From NCBI GenBank assembly GCA_043228905.1, contig JBHGNT010000014.1:6820001-6884000 (forward strand): 64,000 bases of DNA, in the 5' to 3' direction. Both the position numbers and the translations under genes were made by a program. This document shows positions 1-17,263 of this stretch, one piece after another. Below the pieces are notes generated by a model that worked only from the letters and a program-made list of their open reading frames with translations, made no database searches and was not told the origin of the DNA. This DNA comes from Azolla caroliniana (taxonomy: Eukaryota; Plantae; Polypodiophyta). Within the stretch, counting starts at the first letter, position 1. The number at the start of each line of letters is the position of its first letter.

Positions 1-441
1 CTCTTTCCCAAGAGGTGCCTCTAGTGAAAGAATCTAGAGAGAAGGTGACTACATAAGCACCTTCTCCTTTTCTTTGTTTCTCTCGATCGTTCTTGTTTTT
101 CTGTAATACAGTTTTTTGTTTTTTGTAATCTCGAGTTCTCTCTCTCTCTCTCTCCACACACATGCACAATTCTTTCCCTGCATAGAATCCATCCAATTCT
201 TTACATACCCCAATACAATGTTAGGTTCTGTGTGTGGGAATATATATATTATATTGCCATGCTTTTTATACGAAGTCCCCAATATATCTCTAAATCGGAG
301 CATCATTTGTGAGATATCCAACAAATATACGACATCTCTTTAAGCTAATAGTTATAAATTAGGAGTGTAACATTACTAATGCAGGGCCAATTCAAAATGC
401 TAGGAGGAAGTGGACCTCATAATGGGTTGATCCATTATGTG

Positions 442-922
442 TAACAATCGGCAAGGGTTTAAATTTTTTGAAACTTGAACCGAACCAAACCACGGAACCA
501 TTTGAACCGAAACTGTTTAAACCAAACCGTTATAACAAACCCAAACTGTTCAACCGTTAACATCGTGGTTTAGGGTTCGGTTTCAATTTTCAACTTAGGT
601 CAGAATATAAATTTTAGAATTTTCATTATTTTAAATTTTAAATTTTCAAAATTCTAATATTTTCCTAAAATATGAGAATTAGGCTTAACAATGAAAAGAA
701 TATTTAAAAAGATTTATTTTATTTTTTTTAAATTTAAAAAAAATAAAAAACCATTAAACTGCATTTCTAACCATTTTACCCGCGGTTTCTAATAGTTGAA
801 ACCGAACCAAACTGAACCGTTAAAAAAAACTTGAACCTGAACCGAACCATTTAAACCTTTAAGTCATTAAGCGGCGGTTTTGTGGTTCAGTTTGGTTCAA
901 ACTAAACTGTTGCCAACTGTTA
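442..922. mobile_element. hAT-like MITE (non-autonomous DNA transposon)
   Basis: 8-bp TSD ATTATGTG at 434-441 and 923-930. Imperfect terminal inverted repeats (TAACAATCGGCAAGGGTTTA vs reverse complement of the right end, TAACAGTTGGCAACAGTTTA). Many AACCG/CGGTT subterminal motifs, AT-rich core, no ORF. Confidence 0.8.
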
Positions 923-2110
923 ATTATGTGTCTATTCTATCCCGTTCTCTTTTTTTTCTTCTCCCCTTATATGGAGGAAGTTGAAGAGAGGAACATCTCA
1001 AAGTTCCTAGAACTTAACAAGAGCAAAATGCTACATAAAGGGGGGCCTCGTGGTGAAGAAATATTCTAAATTTGGTCACGTGGTAAATATGTGTTTGCAC
1101 ACAGAGATTGTGGAATCATAGATAATTCAGTTACTTTTGGGGAATTTAAACGAGCTTTGCTCATAGAGTTTTCCTTTGACGACACAACAAGGATGTCAAC
1201 TAGGACCTAATTGATTTAGTGGAATGTTGGTTTTTAATGAGTTTGAGTGATGTTTCCTCAACCCTCAATGTTTGACCGAGAGTCGTTATGGCAGAACAAG
1301 GTTTTGCTTTTCTTGAAGGAAGTAAATTAGAGGGATCGAGTGAAATTTGAAATGCTTTGCCAATGAAAACAAAGGCAATGACATCATCAATGTTTGGGAT
1401 GAAGTGAAGCGAGCATGACACCACTATGACAAGAGAAGGCAATGCTATGCGGGCAACCAAATAATGGATTCAACCTCTTTTTGGAATTGGGATTGACAAG
1501 GCTGAAACCATGTTGAATGCCCAGTAGTTTCATTTCTCACTAGGAGTATTGAAAATGAAAGTGAGTTGAAACCACATTAATTAAGATCTTAAAACTAATG
1601 GGTTGGGATGACCCAACCAAAGCCAACATGAGCATTCTTGATGCAACTTGCCAAAAATGTTCAAGAAGGAAATGGAAGAAGAGATCAAGTAAAAATGAAG
1701 AAACAAATCTCAATTAAATAATGAGGAAGAACGAGTAGAAAACTTGCCGGGGGGGGGGAGGAATCAACACGCATGCGTCAAAGCAAGGGCCAAGAACACA
1801 TAACGGTAATATACAATAATATTGTTGTTATTGTACGACCAAACGTAAAACTAATGAATGGAATGGTAGGAATCAATCCACACACCAGCAGCCGACCACT
1901 AAACACCGACCGGGATGGGATGGATGATGATGCCCAACGAAATCAGAATGCTCATATTTCCAAGGCAGTAATATAACAACGTGTAGGAAATGTGGCCGCA
2001 TCTGAGCCGTCCAATCCACGGAGCGTGCCAACGGTGTGGATGAGTCGAAAAGCGGAGATGCAATCTTGACCGTGCGATAAGATCCAACGGCGGAGAGGAG
2101 CGGCGAAGGG

Positions 2111-2136
2111 ATTAGGGTTTGAGTAGAGGTTTATAA
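2111..2136 (+). promoter_or_regulatory. telo-box (ATTAGGGTTT = AAACCCTAAT on minus) followed by a TATA-like TTATAA of the eEF1A promoter
   Basis: ATTAGGGTTT at 2111-2120 and TTATAA at 2131-2136, just upstream of a CT-rich leader. Telo-boxes are established elements of plant eEF1A and ribosomal-protein promoters. Confidence 0.7.
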
Positions 2137-2159
2137 CGTTCTGAGCCTTCGCTGAGCTC

Positions 2160-5142
<2,983 letters not shown>

Positions 5143-5378
5143 TAAGTGAGCGGGTGTTTAATTAATGATTTTGAGTGGTATCAATGTTGATGGAGAACAA
5201 TATTTCAGTTTTGTCTTTTGTTTCTTTATGAATTAGAACTGTATGGGCCAGGATCCTGGTTTGTTTTTAAATTTTTGTCTGTAATGAGAATGGAGACTAT
5301 TATGAAATCGTATTGTTAAAACTTTTATTACCTGCTTGCTACCTGCTCGATGGAGGATGGGGAATTATACTGTGATAA

Positions 5379-6150
5379 TAATCTATCTGATGTGGCGCTC
5401 TTTGCTGTTTATATCTCCTGTAGAAATGCTTACTTAGTTCTGGGATGGTGACAAATGCATTGTTAAGAAATTTGGTGCTTGCACGACTACGATTTGTTAG
5501 TTCACACCGTCATTACTTAGTTTGGGGATGGTGACAAATGCATTGTTAAGAAATTTGGTGCTTACACGATTACGATTTGTTGGTTCACACCGTCATTAGA
5601 GTTAGGATAAGTAGCTGTGATTGTGATTTATGTTTATTGAGAGTTAGTCATATAGTCCTCTGTTAAAATTTGCCAAGATAGGCAGGCGCAAAACTGTTTT
5701 GTTTTCTTTCTAAAATGTAGATAACCAAGTATGAAGGGAATGAAATTGCTGTTTTTAATAAAAAAGAAAAGCTCACAATATTGGGCATTTATCACAATAT
5801 TGGGCATTAATCTATCTGATGAGGCGCTCTTTGCTGTTTATGTCTCCTGTAGAAATGTTTACTTAGTCCGGGGATGGTGACAAATGCATTGTTAAGAAAT
5901 TTGGTGCTTGCAAGCACGACTACTGTTTGTTGGTTCACACCGTCATTAGAGTTAGGATAAGGAGCTGTGATTGTGATTGATGTTTTTTGAGAGTTGGTCA
6001 TATAGTTCTCTGTTAAAATTTGCCAAGATAGGCATGCGCAAAACTGTTTTGTTTTCTTCCTAAAATGTAGATAACCAAGTATGAAGGGAATGAAATTGCT
6101 GTTTTTAATAAAAAAGAAAAGCTCACAATATTGGGCATTTATCACAATAT
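5379..6150 (+). repeat. Tandem duplication of the eEF1A 3' flank (5379-5800 vs 5808-6150), with an internal ~84-bp doubling in copy 1
   Basis: TAATCTATCTGATG.GGCGCTCTTTGCTG... starts at both 5379 and 5808, and both copies end GCTCACAATATTGGGCATTTATCACAATAT. TACTTAG..GGGATGGTGACAAATGCATTG occurs at 5431 and 5514. Confidence 0.85.
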
Positions 6151-6212
6151 GGACAGTTGATAGCATCGAGTACATCGCTAACTATTTTTAAGTGCACTAT
6201 TGGTTTAAAAGT

Positions 6213-6815
6213 CCCTAACTATTTTTAATTGATTAAAGAAATGGCCTATGAGACCACGTGTAACCTTGAAGAATGGTATGCCAACATCAGGGATATAAAG
6301 AAATTGATTAAAGGATATTGTTGTTTTTTAAAAGAGCTAAAACCCCCAACTAATCTTAATTGATTAAAGAAATGACCTATGAGACCACGTGTAACCTTGA
6401 AGAATGGTATGCCAAACACAAGGGATATCAAGAAATTGATTAAAGGATACGTACATGATGAGATATTGTGGTTTTTAATAAAAGAGTAGGAAAGCTTGTA
6501 ATGTTGGACTTATATCACAATATCGGAATTAACATAAATGAACACCTCAAAAATTCAGATGACTTGTAAGTATGGAAGAAACTATATTTGCTGTTTTTAA
6601 AAAAAGAGTAGGAAAGCTTGTGATGTTGGATATCTATAACAATAATGTTAGGAAGAAGTACATTACTAAGTCTTCAAAGTGTACATACTAATTACTCTAT
6701 TGGTTTACAACCCCCAACTATTTTAATTGATTAAAGAAATCATCCCATGAGACCATGTGTAACCGTGAAGAATGGTATGCCAAATACAAGGGATGTCAAG
6801 AAATCGACTAAAGAA
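6213..6815 (+). repeat. Three copies of a ~100-130-bp local repeat
   Basis: AACTA...TAATTGATTAAAGAAAT..C.ATGAGACCA.GTGTAACC.TGAAGAATGGTATGCCAA at about 6213, 6344 and 6711. Confidence 0.75.
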
Positions 6816-8136
6816 TATGTTCATGATGGGATATGATTGGAAGCTATATTTTATGTATGGCTCGAAATGTGAATTAAAATAGATGAATGACATTGTTTTC
6901 CAAAAGGTGAAAATGAGAATATCTACAACTTACATTATATGGTAATCTTGAATTACAACTTCGACATTGATTATGCCTTGTACTAGCCACTATTGAAACT
7001 ACTCTTGATTTGATTGTACAAGAAATGGAAGTCGGGGGTTTGAATCCATCCTTGCCCGTAAGAAACCAATCATCCATATCACATGCAATATTACCAAGAA
7101 ACTAGTATCCTCTTGGTGTCTATTGATCTAACTTGGAAAGTTGATTTCCAATACTTTTTTTGTGCATAATAAGTGAAATGCATTTTTATATATTTGCTTG
7201 TTTATGTTTTCTTATCGCGATCATGGAAAGTGGGCATGCGATTAGTTAAAGGCCCATTTTTTCCCATAGTAATGGAAGCGGTTATTGAAGGAAGTTAGAT
7301 ATTGACTTTAGAAGAAGATTGTATATTTGATAATGTGTGGAAGTTTTTATTATCATAAGGAATATTTCAAACTTTTTCTGGCCCATGTGAGCAAAGTCAA
7401 CCATCGTTGGAAATAACATTAATGTAGAGAGACGGGATGAACAATAGTTGGGCCTTGTGAGAAACCATGTGACCTTAGAGAAGATATAAGGAATATAACG
7501 AATTCAAATTCCTTTCAAGTTTTGCACTTTGACTTAATGTTAAGAAGATATAAGAAATATAAGGAAACACAAATCTTTTTAAGCTTTGCACTTTGACTTT
7601 GTGACAATAAGATAAATATCAATTAGCTTCACATTCACTTGCATCTAAATTATCGACCAATCAAGAAGTGGAGTAACAGAGGGATCATTACCAATAACAA
7701 ATTGACCAAGAAAAGTGCCATGAACATTAATAAGTTTATGGATAAATTAAGTAGCATATTTATTCAATATTCTTAAAACTGTACTAACTCTATTTTCTAG
7801 TTCTCTTATCATTATAAAGGTGAACAATTATTAACTACCTCCATTTTCTAGGTGTGCAAAATCTTTAAAAAACACGTCCCTATATAAGTATTTCAAACAA
7901 CCAATGTAAATGGATCTTACAAGGGTTAAAAAGATACATAAATGGAAGACATACACTAGATGTTATATGGACACTTTTAGAACGATGGAAACCAAATATA
8001 TATCTTCTTCAAAATAGATTTGATAAGGCCTTAGAAAAGCGCTATTTGCCCCCCCATTTTGGCTCCCCCCCCCCCCCCCTAAATTTATTGAACCTAATAT
8101 AACCAAATGAAATTGTTTATTAATTAATTAATAAAC

Positions 8137-8361
8137 TCAACATAGCTCAGATTCTGGCATATCGCAAGTGTGTGCATTGTGACCAGCTTGACCACATTTG
8201 GAACATTTGTGACCGGTAGAGTACTCAAATAGTGACTTCTCCCTTTGGTTGGCCTTTTTGTTCTTCGTCCCTACAGGGCGACCTCGCTTCCTAGTCACCA
8301 CCACTGGATTGGAGAGAGACTGTAGTGGTGCCTTCTGAACAATAGTGCAACATGTTGCCAT
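8137..8361 (-). pseudogene. MULE/Mutator-like transposase C-terminal fragment (RGRP motif plus CCHC knuckle)
   Basis: RKRGRPVGTKNKK...HKCSKCGQAGHNAHTC resembles the basic RGRP-CX2CX4HX4C tail of plant MULE transposases. No catalytic core is visible. Confidence 0.45.
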
Positions 8362-9039
8362 GCTTTAGAGGTTCAAAGAGGGGCTACTATGGGTACTCAT
8401 CTTTACTTGGTTGGAGTTGTTTCTCCTTGTCAAGGTTGCATATTTGGGGTTCTTCCATTATTTACTCTCTTGTAGGTGAGACTTAACTTCTTGGAAGAAG
8501 GCCCTTAACTTTATCCATTAGGCTATTCATGTTACATAAATATATTAAATTGCAATTGATTTGATTGTAACTTAGATCTCGTGACCCTACAAAACTTCAA
8601 AGCATGTCACAAACCTACAATATTCTAAGGGGTGTCATGAGTCATGACCCTACAATATTTCGAAGGGTTATCATGACCCTACAAATTATCCAGGGGAAAA
8701 TGCCAGTGCCAAAGCTTAACAAAAAGAGTATTGAAAGAATGGGGAAAAGAAAGAGAGAAAATGGATATATTTTTATTATAACAAGAAATATACAAGAGCA
8801 GGAACTATAAGGTTTGTTGCATTGAATCTGAGCCAATTCGAATAGTCCTTGGTAACTTGGCTTTTGTGATTTCATTCAGTACAATTAGCAGACTTGAGCA
8901 TGTGACTGCCCTTGATTTGCTGATTTGAACATCATAATCTTGAAATAGATGGGAGAATGTGAGCAATTAATGATTTTCAACAAGAATCTGAATCCAACTT
9001 CCTTGTTGCTACCAACCGAGATTCGACATCTCACCAAAT

Positions 9040-10157
9040 CTCGACCATCTCTTTACAAAGCTTACGAGAAGAAGGATAGAAAATTGAGATGTTTGTATTT
9101 GAAATGATGGCAACTCCATCTGTTAGTTCACAAGAATAAGATGCCCTCCTCCCTATTAAGTATCAGGAATTTGAAGATGTTTTCAACACGGGTAAAGCTA
9201 GTATCCTCCAGAGCATTGCTCTTATGATTGTCCGATCCATCTACAACCAGGGAAAGAGCCACCATGGGGGCTAATCTATAATCTATCCGCTTACGAGCTC
9301 AAGGCCCTTTGAGAGTATATAGACGAACACTTGGCAAATGGATTTGTTCGACATTCCAAATGCCTTATTGGTGCACCCATATTCTTTTTCAAGAAGAAAG
9401 ATGGGTCTCTATGATTGGTTGAGGTTTGAACAAAATCATGATTCAAAACATATATGCTTTACCCTTGATATTGAGTCTATTGGAGTGCCTTTGTGGAGCA
9501 AATGTTTTCACCTAGGTAGACCTTCAAGTTGCTTATAACCCTGTTCGAATATGTCTAGGCAATGATTGGAAGACTCTACACTCGGTATGGACACTTCGAA
9601 TACATGATTATGCCTTTTGCTCATGAATGTGTTGGCAATTATTCAACACATGGTGAATGATATTTTTGACAAGTCCTTCGATATATTCACCATAGTATAT
9701 CTGGATGACATTTTGATCTACTCCAATACTCAAGAGGAGCATGACATACATGTCCATCAAGTCCTCTAACCATTGTGGGAATATGGGCTCTATGCCAAAC
9801 TCAAGAAATGTAGCTTTGATCATAACCATGTGGAAAATTTGGGGTATGTGATTTGACAAAAAGGTATATCTATGGATCCATCCAAGAGTTAGACAATTAT
9901 GAATGGGTAAACATCTCACTTAGTGTGTGATGTTAGTGTTTCTTGGGATTTGCAAATTTTTACCACAAATTTATCAAAAATGATTTGAACATCATGATGC
10001 CTCTCACGACGCTTACATGGAAGAATGAGTCATTCGCATAGAGTCCTAGTGTCATCGAGACTTTTGATAACCTAAAGAAAGCATTTACTTATGCTCCTAT
10101 TCTAGTTCATGCTAACCTAGAAAAGCCCTTTATTATCAAGGCAGATGCACTTGATTT
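9040..10157 (+). mobile_element. Decayed Ty3/Gypsy chromovirus pol, left part (RT to start of RNase H)
   Basis: Frameshifted homologue of the 23117-26674 pol (LQPGKEPPWGLIYNLS, FFKKKDGSL, IVYLDDILIYS, KPFIIKADALDF). Interrupted at 10158. Confidence 0.85.
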
Positions 10158-10243
10158 CCCCCCCCCCCAAAAAAAACATATCCTTCCATTAGTTTTAAAA
10201 AGCATATCACCTACAAAATACAAAATAGATGGAAAGGAAGTGA

Positions 10244-11173
10244 CTATCTTTCCCCAGCCTGTCTTGTGTAAGACATGATTTCAACATGTATGAGCATGCC
10301 TTCATGTAAAGCCCTGTGATCAACACCCACCTTGAGGGATCTCAACCCATCGAACAATTTATATGCATCTGATAAACTTCCACATGTTGCATACATATAA
10401 ACTAGAGTGCTTCCAATGAGCATATCCAAGTTGATACCTAGATAAGCGATGACAATATGGAGTTCTTTTCCTTCTTTTAAATCAAATGTGTTCGAACATA
10501 AAAAGCACACCTTGAATACAAGATTTGAAGAACAATGACTTCATCCATCTCATAAGAAGAAATGGAATTATGTTTTCAGCCTATTTTTGAATCAGTGTGG
10601 TTCAAGAGACTATATTATGTAATGGAAGTCTTTTGAAGCCACTTCATTTAGTTGTATCCCCATGCTTTCTCATCTCTTTAAATAGTTGAATTGCCTTGTT
10701 CGTGTATCCTAGAATCATGAAGGAACAAGCTACAACATTTAACCTTCCACAATATACAAAACCATCATCAGTGTATGAGTTGAGGATGCATATTCCAAAC
10801 CATGTTTTCAGATATGGTTGTGCACTTCTTATCCATTTTCTACTGCTTGAAAACTTCCACATGTTTTCAAGACACAAACAATGCGATGACATTCAGAGAT
10901 ATACCTTCTGAATGCATATGTAAGTGCCATATAAAAGCATCCCCCCCCCCCCCCTGTTTTCAACCTATCTTGAAATCAATGCGGTCCCGAGTCCGCAAGA
11001 AAGCCACATTTCATATACATATTCAACAAGACTGTTCCAACAATCACATTACTTCCAAGTAATCCTTTCTTTGTTATCACCACATCCATTCGTTGGCCTT
11101 TGCTAACAACATGTGCATGTCCACCTTGGCCATTCTCTACATATCCTCTAATGAGTGAGGTCCAAAGCACCAC
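10244..11173 (-). pseudogene. PLS-class pentatricopeptide repeat (PPR) gene fragment
   Basis: VVLWTSLIRGYVENGQG, VIVGTVLLNMYMKCG, NVVACSFMILGY..KAIQLFKEMRKHG, EGKELH...LIGSTLVYMYATCGSLSDAYKLFDGL. Broken by frameshifts. Confidence 0.8.
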
Positions 11174-11399
11174 ATTTGAAAGCCATATATAAAAATATTA
11201 TCATTTTGAGCTTTTAATGAGCTCATCCATTCTGACGTAACAGAAAAAATTGTTCCCTTTCTATATATCTCCCATGTTGCCAGATGCATTCAACAAACCA
11301 GAAAATAAGTCTCGAAGGTCTTTCTTCTTGGCCCAAGCCTTGAGATTGCATATAATCTTAGTTATTTCTTTCTTTTAAACTGCTCATAGACTGCCATTG

Positions 11400-14300
11400 A
11401 CATACATACCTCCCAAGATAGTACCAAGAACAGTTATACATAGCCACATGCCTCATATCGGTGGAGGAAATACCCAAAGAGGTGGCTAATACCTACAACG
11501 TATACGACAATTAACCATGTAGAATACTTTCATCCTTTCCCATCTATTCTTAAAACCCTTTTTCTTTCGAAAGACTACATTTGAATCACCCTTGATAGTA
11601 TCATATTCCCCTTTTAGTGTATGCACCAAGGTCAACCAAATATCCTTGACTACATCCACAACATTCCATTGAATTTTCTAAAATATCCTTCGACATCTAC
11701 TAGTCCACAAAACCCATAATGTTATGGAACTAATAGTCTCATAAACCACTCCATTCTGTACTCAATAATAGGCATAAACGATGACACTTCCTCAACATAT
11801 CGACCTCTTGTATGTAATGCAAAGGTAACCTTTTCTTGTTCATGATCGTGTACCTCACCATTAATAGCAACCCACATCACTTCCTCCCATTTATATACTC
11901 TAGAGCCATATACCTCATGCAATAGACATAATATCCTTTTCCAAACCAATTGAACAACTATACATGACCAGAATAGGTGATGAAGAGACTCCATCTCTAA
12001 TCCACAAAAATCACACATCGTATTCATATCCTTACAATGCATCCAAACCCTAACAGAAACTGCATAATGAACAATCAACCATCGAAATAGAATAATCTTC
12101 TTTGGAATTTGCATAGTCCATAACCATTTCCAAAATGTTGTCATATGAGTAGAATCAACATTATAACTCAACCATGTTGTAGCTGTTGTCGGGCAATGTG
12201 GTATCCTATGTTGTAACATCTCCCTTCCTAATCGAACTGAATATTGAAAAAATGGAATCGGCCTAACATCCTCCCTAGAATATGATGTAGGTAACCACTT
12301 CCATTCCCCTAGATCCCATTCCAATTCACGTAATGGTTTTTTCCCTACTACCCATAGATCCCACCATGGATGAACAACATTAGGATCAGGGTCTATGATC
12401 CAAATCTTATCTACCTTGGCTAGAATTCTAATGGGTTTTAGTGTAGCCTCAGTGAGACATTCATCTTCTAGGGGGATCAACCCTAATCGTCCGTCATGTA
12501 AAACATCATAACTCAAGAAAGTATCCTTATCTCTAAGGCCACATACTCTAAGTAAAATTTGAAAATTTGAAAATAATCCCATCACTTATGACAATTAGAG
12601 TGTATATTGTCCATCAAGGGTAGCTGCAATTTCCGTAACTCATCAACTATCATCTTTCCTCCTCTTATTCCTCTATATTTTGGTTGCGTAATATCACTAG
12701 GATTGTGAACAAAATGTTGCCACTTACTAAGAGATGAGGCAAAAGATGAATCCACTTGAGCCCAATTTAATCTCCCTCTCCTCCCCAACATAGATCCTTC
12801 ATCATCTAGAAATAAAGGATTCCAAACCAAGGGTTGATGTAACCATTCATCCATCGAAGTGGGCCAGACTTGTTGCAAATTATCTTTTAAGGACCACCAT
12901 CGAGGAGACCTTGTCCATTCATCTCCAGTTTTCGGGAAGACCTCTTTCATTCTTAACCGAAGAAACATCTTCCACAGTTCATTTCCTGGCAGTAAACCTA
13001 ACAATATAAATTTTGCCAATACCGCCTTACATTGCATCAGAGGATCTACCAAACCTAAACCCCCTTGAGAGGTCGGCGCTATATTAGTTTATCAGTAGAA
13101 CCCCATATGAAATTTCTAATAAATCTTTGTAACTTTGACAACAAAGATATGGAGAATAACCAAGAGGACAAAATATACCACATTGAGGAGAGTAATACTT
13201 GATTAGAAATAACTAGCCTCCCCGCCAATGACAAACTCTTAGAACTCCAAAAGATTAACTTTTTCCTTAAAGAAAAGCAGTAATGGTTGAATATGAGCTT
13301 ATGGGGGAAGATTAATTCCCACTTGACACCCTAAATATCTCATTGGAGAGCCTTTTGGTATGGAACGAAATCCAACTTCTGGACACCAAGTAGGGGTAAG
13401 ACCTTCGCCAACCCAAAATCCCACTAATTTGTGCGAATTAATAATAGTACCTGAAGCATCATAGAAATCATGGATCACATTTTGCAAATTACAAAGATTT
13501 CTATCATCTCCTACAACATACAATGTTGTGTCATCTGTAAATTCATAGTCTAACACAACCTCCTCCACATTTGGCCATTGTATACCCTTAATAGAAAACT
13601 TGTTCTTATGCAAGAATGCACTAAAGGCTTCTCCTACGAATAGAAATAAATATGGAGCCAAAGGACATCCTTGTCTCACCGATCTAGTAATCGGAAAATT
13701 ATTACCTAGTGCTCCACCAACAAGAACTCGACTAGATGCTGAAGTATATAAGGCAAAAATAGCCTTAATGTAATCTAATTGGAAGACCTAGACGACCCAT
13801 AACCTCATATAAAAAATTCCAATCGACTCTGTCATAAGCTTTCTCAAAATCCAAAAGCAATATTGCTAAGTCTTGTTTTATTTCTTGCACTATTGCTATA
13901 ATCTCCCAAAACACGAAATTATCAAATATACTCCTTTGTTGTATACAGCATGTCTGATTCTTATGTACAATATGTGGAAGAAAATGTTGCAAACGTAAAG
14001 CTAATAATTTAGCATAAACTTTATATACTGTATTTAAAATAGTTATAGGCCTCCATTTCTTAATATCATCCACCACGTCTTTTATATTTGGAATCAAATA
14101 AATCATTCCTTCATTCCACTCAGTAGGCATCCTTCCCAAATGAAAAACCTCTTGTAAAGCGGTTGTGAAAGCATCAACTATATCATCCCAATACTCTAAA
14201 AAGAATTCTAGTGATAATCCATCATTTCCTGGGCATACATTCTTCCTGACAGCCACCAATGCAACTCTTACCTCTGTATAAGAGATTTCCTTCACCAATG

Positions 14301-15670
14301 ATTCAACCATCTCATATGAGACCTTATATTCCAAACAATCCAACATAAATTTTCTTTTTTGGAGTTGTTGACCCAAAAATTGTTGGGTAGCACGTATATT
14401 TTTATAAAAGGTCGTCGCAATGTCCCTCATTTCATTCGTGTCCTTTGTAATAGACCCATCTTCCCTTTGAAGCTGTCTCATACAACTACCTGAATGACCA
14501 CCTTTATAATATTCGAAAAATTCGGAATTCACATTATCAGCTAATCGAGTCCATTTCGCAACAATAGCATGAAACTTTGTTTGAGATCTTATTGTCGAAA
14601 CATATTAATTCATTTCTTATGTGACCCAACTCCAATTCAACCCAAGATGCATGTGGAAATTTTTCCTGAAAATGTTGAAGAGACCTCAAAGCCCTCCTAC
14701 TAGCAGCCATTCTTAACTTACATTGCTCCACAGTCTTGAATACTTTCAGTCTAAAAAATTTCGAAGTACCCTGAATAGCAGTTTTGACCCTTTGTAAGAC
14801 ATTTACAGAAGATGTATTTTGCAATTCCCACTTTGTAAAATATCATGCCTAAAGGATGTATCCAAATAAATCAATTTCAGGACACGACCACAACAATTGT
14901 TATGATATGCTTGTTTTCCAACAACCATAATGACAGGTGCATTATCAGAGAACAACGAGCCTATTATAATACCAATCTCCCCACCCTTTTTGACAAAAAA
15001 ATCATCAATGCATATACTTTCCAAACATGATAGATTTACCCCTTACTGTCTCTTCCATCTGATTGAAAGAAGCTTAATGAATCTTTTAACCAACCAAAAG
15101 ATGTAACATGCCATGCATCTTGCAATCTTAATGATAAACATAAGCATTCCCAAGTTATCAACTCAATTGTACCTATCAAAGCATGAGAGCCTCCAATCCT
15201 AGCACCAAAATCCTCAATCATATTAAAATCACCTACCATACACCAATGATCCACTGACGGTAAATCTGATCCTATCTTAAACCAAAATTCCTTTCTAGAC
15301 CCTGTTGAATTTGGAGCATAAATATTAAGAAAGCCCAACTTAAGGTCTGAGACCATTAGGATGATATATTGAGCTCTTCCCTCAACCAATACACGACAAT
15401 CTAGCACCTACTGACTCCATTTCTCTGCTACGGCTATACATAAACCTCCATTTTTATTTTGATTGCCAATCGCAGGAGTCCAATAGTATTTCCAATTCCC
15501 TTTTAACATGTTCCCATATGTACCTATTCATTTATCCGATAGATGAGTTTCTTGTAAACAGAACATATCACAAACACCCACATTAAACTTATGCAACTCT
15601 TGACGGACTCTACCCTTAAGTTTCTTACTAAGTGCCACTCCAAGCCCTTGAACATTCCATGAATTTTTTT
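11400..15670 (-). pseudogene. LINE ORF2 (APE endonuclease, reverse transcriptase, zf-RVT), frameshifted
   Basis: LNIYAPN...WCMVGDFN (endonuclease). KWRPITILNTVYKVYAK, LLLDFEKAYDRVDW, RQGCPLAPYLF, FTDD (RT). IPKKIILFRW...CDFCGLEMESLHHLFWSC (zf-RVT). Confidence 0.9.
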
Positions 15671-15895
15671 GGAAATGATTCATATCTCAACAAAAGTTGC
15701 TACCTTAGCTCTCCCCCCTATTGCCGACTTTTTAACCTTACAATCCTTATTGCTTATTTTCAATCCCTTAAGGGACATCTTATTTGAGTACGAAACAATA
15801 CTATATTTCTTTGCACGATGCATGAATAGATTAATCATAATATTTCTATCCACTACCTTATTAAGAGTACTACGCACAACTGCCGCATTGGTTTC

Positions 15896-17233
15896 CTAAT
15901 TAATGTGGAGATTAGAATTAAACCCATTTTCAAGATATTTTGCCTTCAACCTAGTTATATGCCCATTGTAGTTATGGGGATTCTCCCTTGATGAACGGCA
16001 AATTTTAACAATCACAATTTGTAACAAGTTAACCTCTTCCCCACTTTTTTCTACGTTAGAGTCTCCCTTAAGGACCGTGTGACTTTCATTTTTCTCATAT
16101 ACAACTAAAGGCAAGGTTTCATCTCCCTTCATCCCTAAACCCTCATCATCGTGCACCAAGGTATGATTATCCTTGGGATGAGCCTCGCCCACCAAAGAGT
16201 CGAGTAAATTATTAACTCTTATATTCTTTGAAGAATTAGAAAGGTCACGATCTATAATATGCGCCATATTAGTTTTGTGTTTGGTAAATGAAGCTCCATT
16301 TATCTCCTCAACCAAGACAACATCCAATGGTAGTGTTTGTGCGAGATTACCTATTGGTTTAAATCTATTTCCTATTGGAACCCATTTATTGGAAAGGTTC
16401 ACATTGTTTACAATAAGGCCTTTTTCCTTTCTCACCATAGTCCCCAATCATCCTCTACATTTGTAGCCCCTTTTTCCTTAAATTTTTCATTACTATTCCC
16501 ATGTGGCGCATTCTGCCACGTACAATCTTTTGCCATATGCCCAATTTGCCTACATTTAAAGCATTGATTTGGCAATCTAGCACATGTAATCTTTTGTACT
16601 CGCACTTTGCCACCAATCAATGGCGGTTGACGAGGGAAGAACCATATTTCTATGACCTAACAACCGCATTATTGGTGTATTCTGATTTTTTGCGTTAAAC
16701 CTATCAATTTCTACATCATCATCTATCAATTGCCCAATTGTGTCTGCAATATCCTTTATTACCGGATGCCACTCTTTGGGTAAGGTTGGGAACATAATAG
16801 AGAAAACAAATATTCTAGCAATTGTCTCCCTCAAATCATCTAAATCAAATCCCGCATACCATTTCAAAATTTGCATCCATATTCCTTTTATCTTAACACT
16901 ACCTATCAGAAGCAATTTATCCACCATATCACCACTATTAAATTCAACGTGGTAGCAACCCTTACCGAGAAATTGAATGTTGATTATTTGCGCAAACTCA
17001 CCTTGCAACCGAGCTTGTAGTAGATGACACAAGTAGGCCTGATTTGGATGACCTCCCACAACATAGATAACGATCGAATGCTGTTGCAAGTGATCCACCT
17101 CCGCATGTAACTTTTGTTTTGCATCAAGAGAAGGATAGAAGTCCACTTTGAGATCTGTGACCAAAGAAGAAGCGAAGGGCGGTACACTAGAGTCCCTTTT
17201 GTATGTTGTCGTAGAAACGAACGCGATCCTCAT
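15896..17233 (-). pseudogene. LINE ORF1 (DUF4283-like domain plus CX2CX4HX4C knuckle), frameshifted
   Basis: QFLGKGCYHVEF...WMQILKW and RLPNQCFKCRQIGHMAKDC, located upstream of ORF2 on the same strand. Confidence 0.8.
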
Positions 17234-17263
17234 TATTTTGTTTTCATGTATAACTCAAGATTC

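Larger units (their letters stand above)
10158..17263 (-). mobile_element. TSD-bounded L1-like LINE insertion (LINE at about 11300-17263 plus a PPR-containing 3' tail)
   Basis: 16-bp direct repeat CAGATGCACTTGATTT at 10142-10157 and 17264-17279, inside the Gypsy RNase H codons (ADALDFALGS). Confidence 0.8.

Noticed and set aside
1200-1700. Possible LINE ORF1 relic on the minus strand
   Set aside because: Only vague similarity and no diagnostic motif.
6874-7077. Possible SWIM zinc-finger remnant (CRSC...LPY...H)
   Set aside because: Too degenerate to support a call.
8572-8695. Short (C)ATGACCCTACAA repeats
   Set aside because: Only four degenerate copies, and no TIR or TSD was found to define an element.
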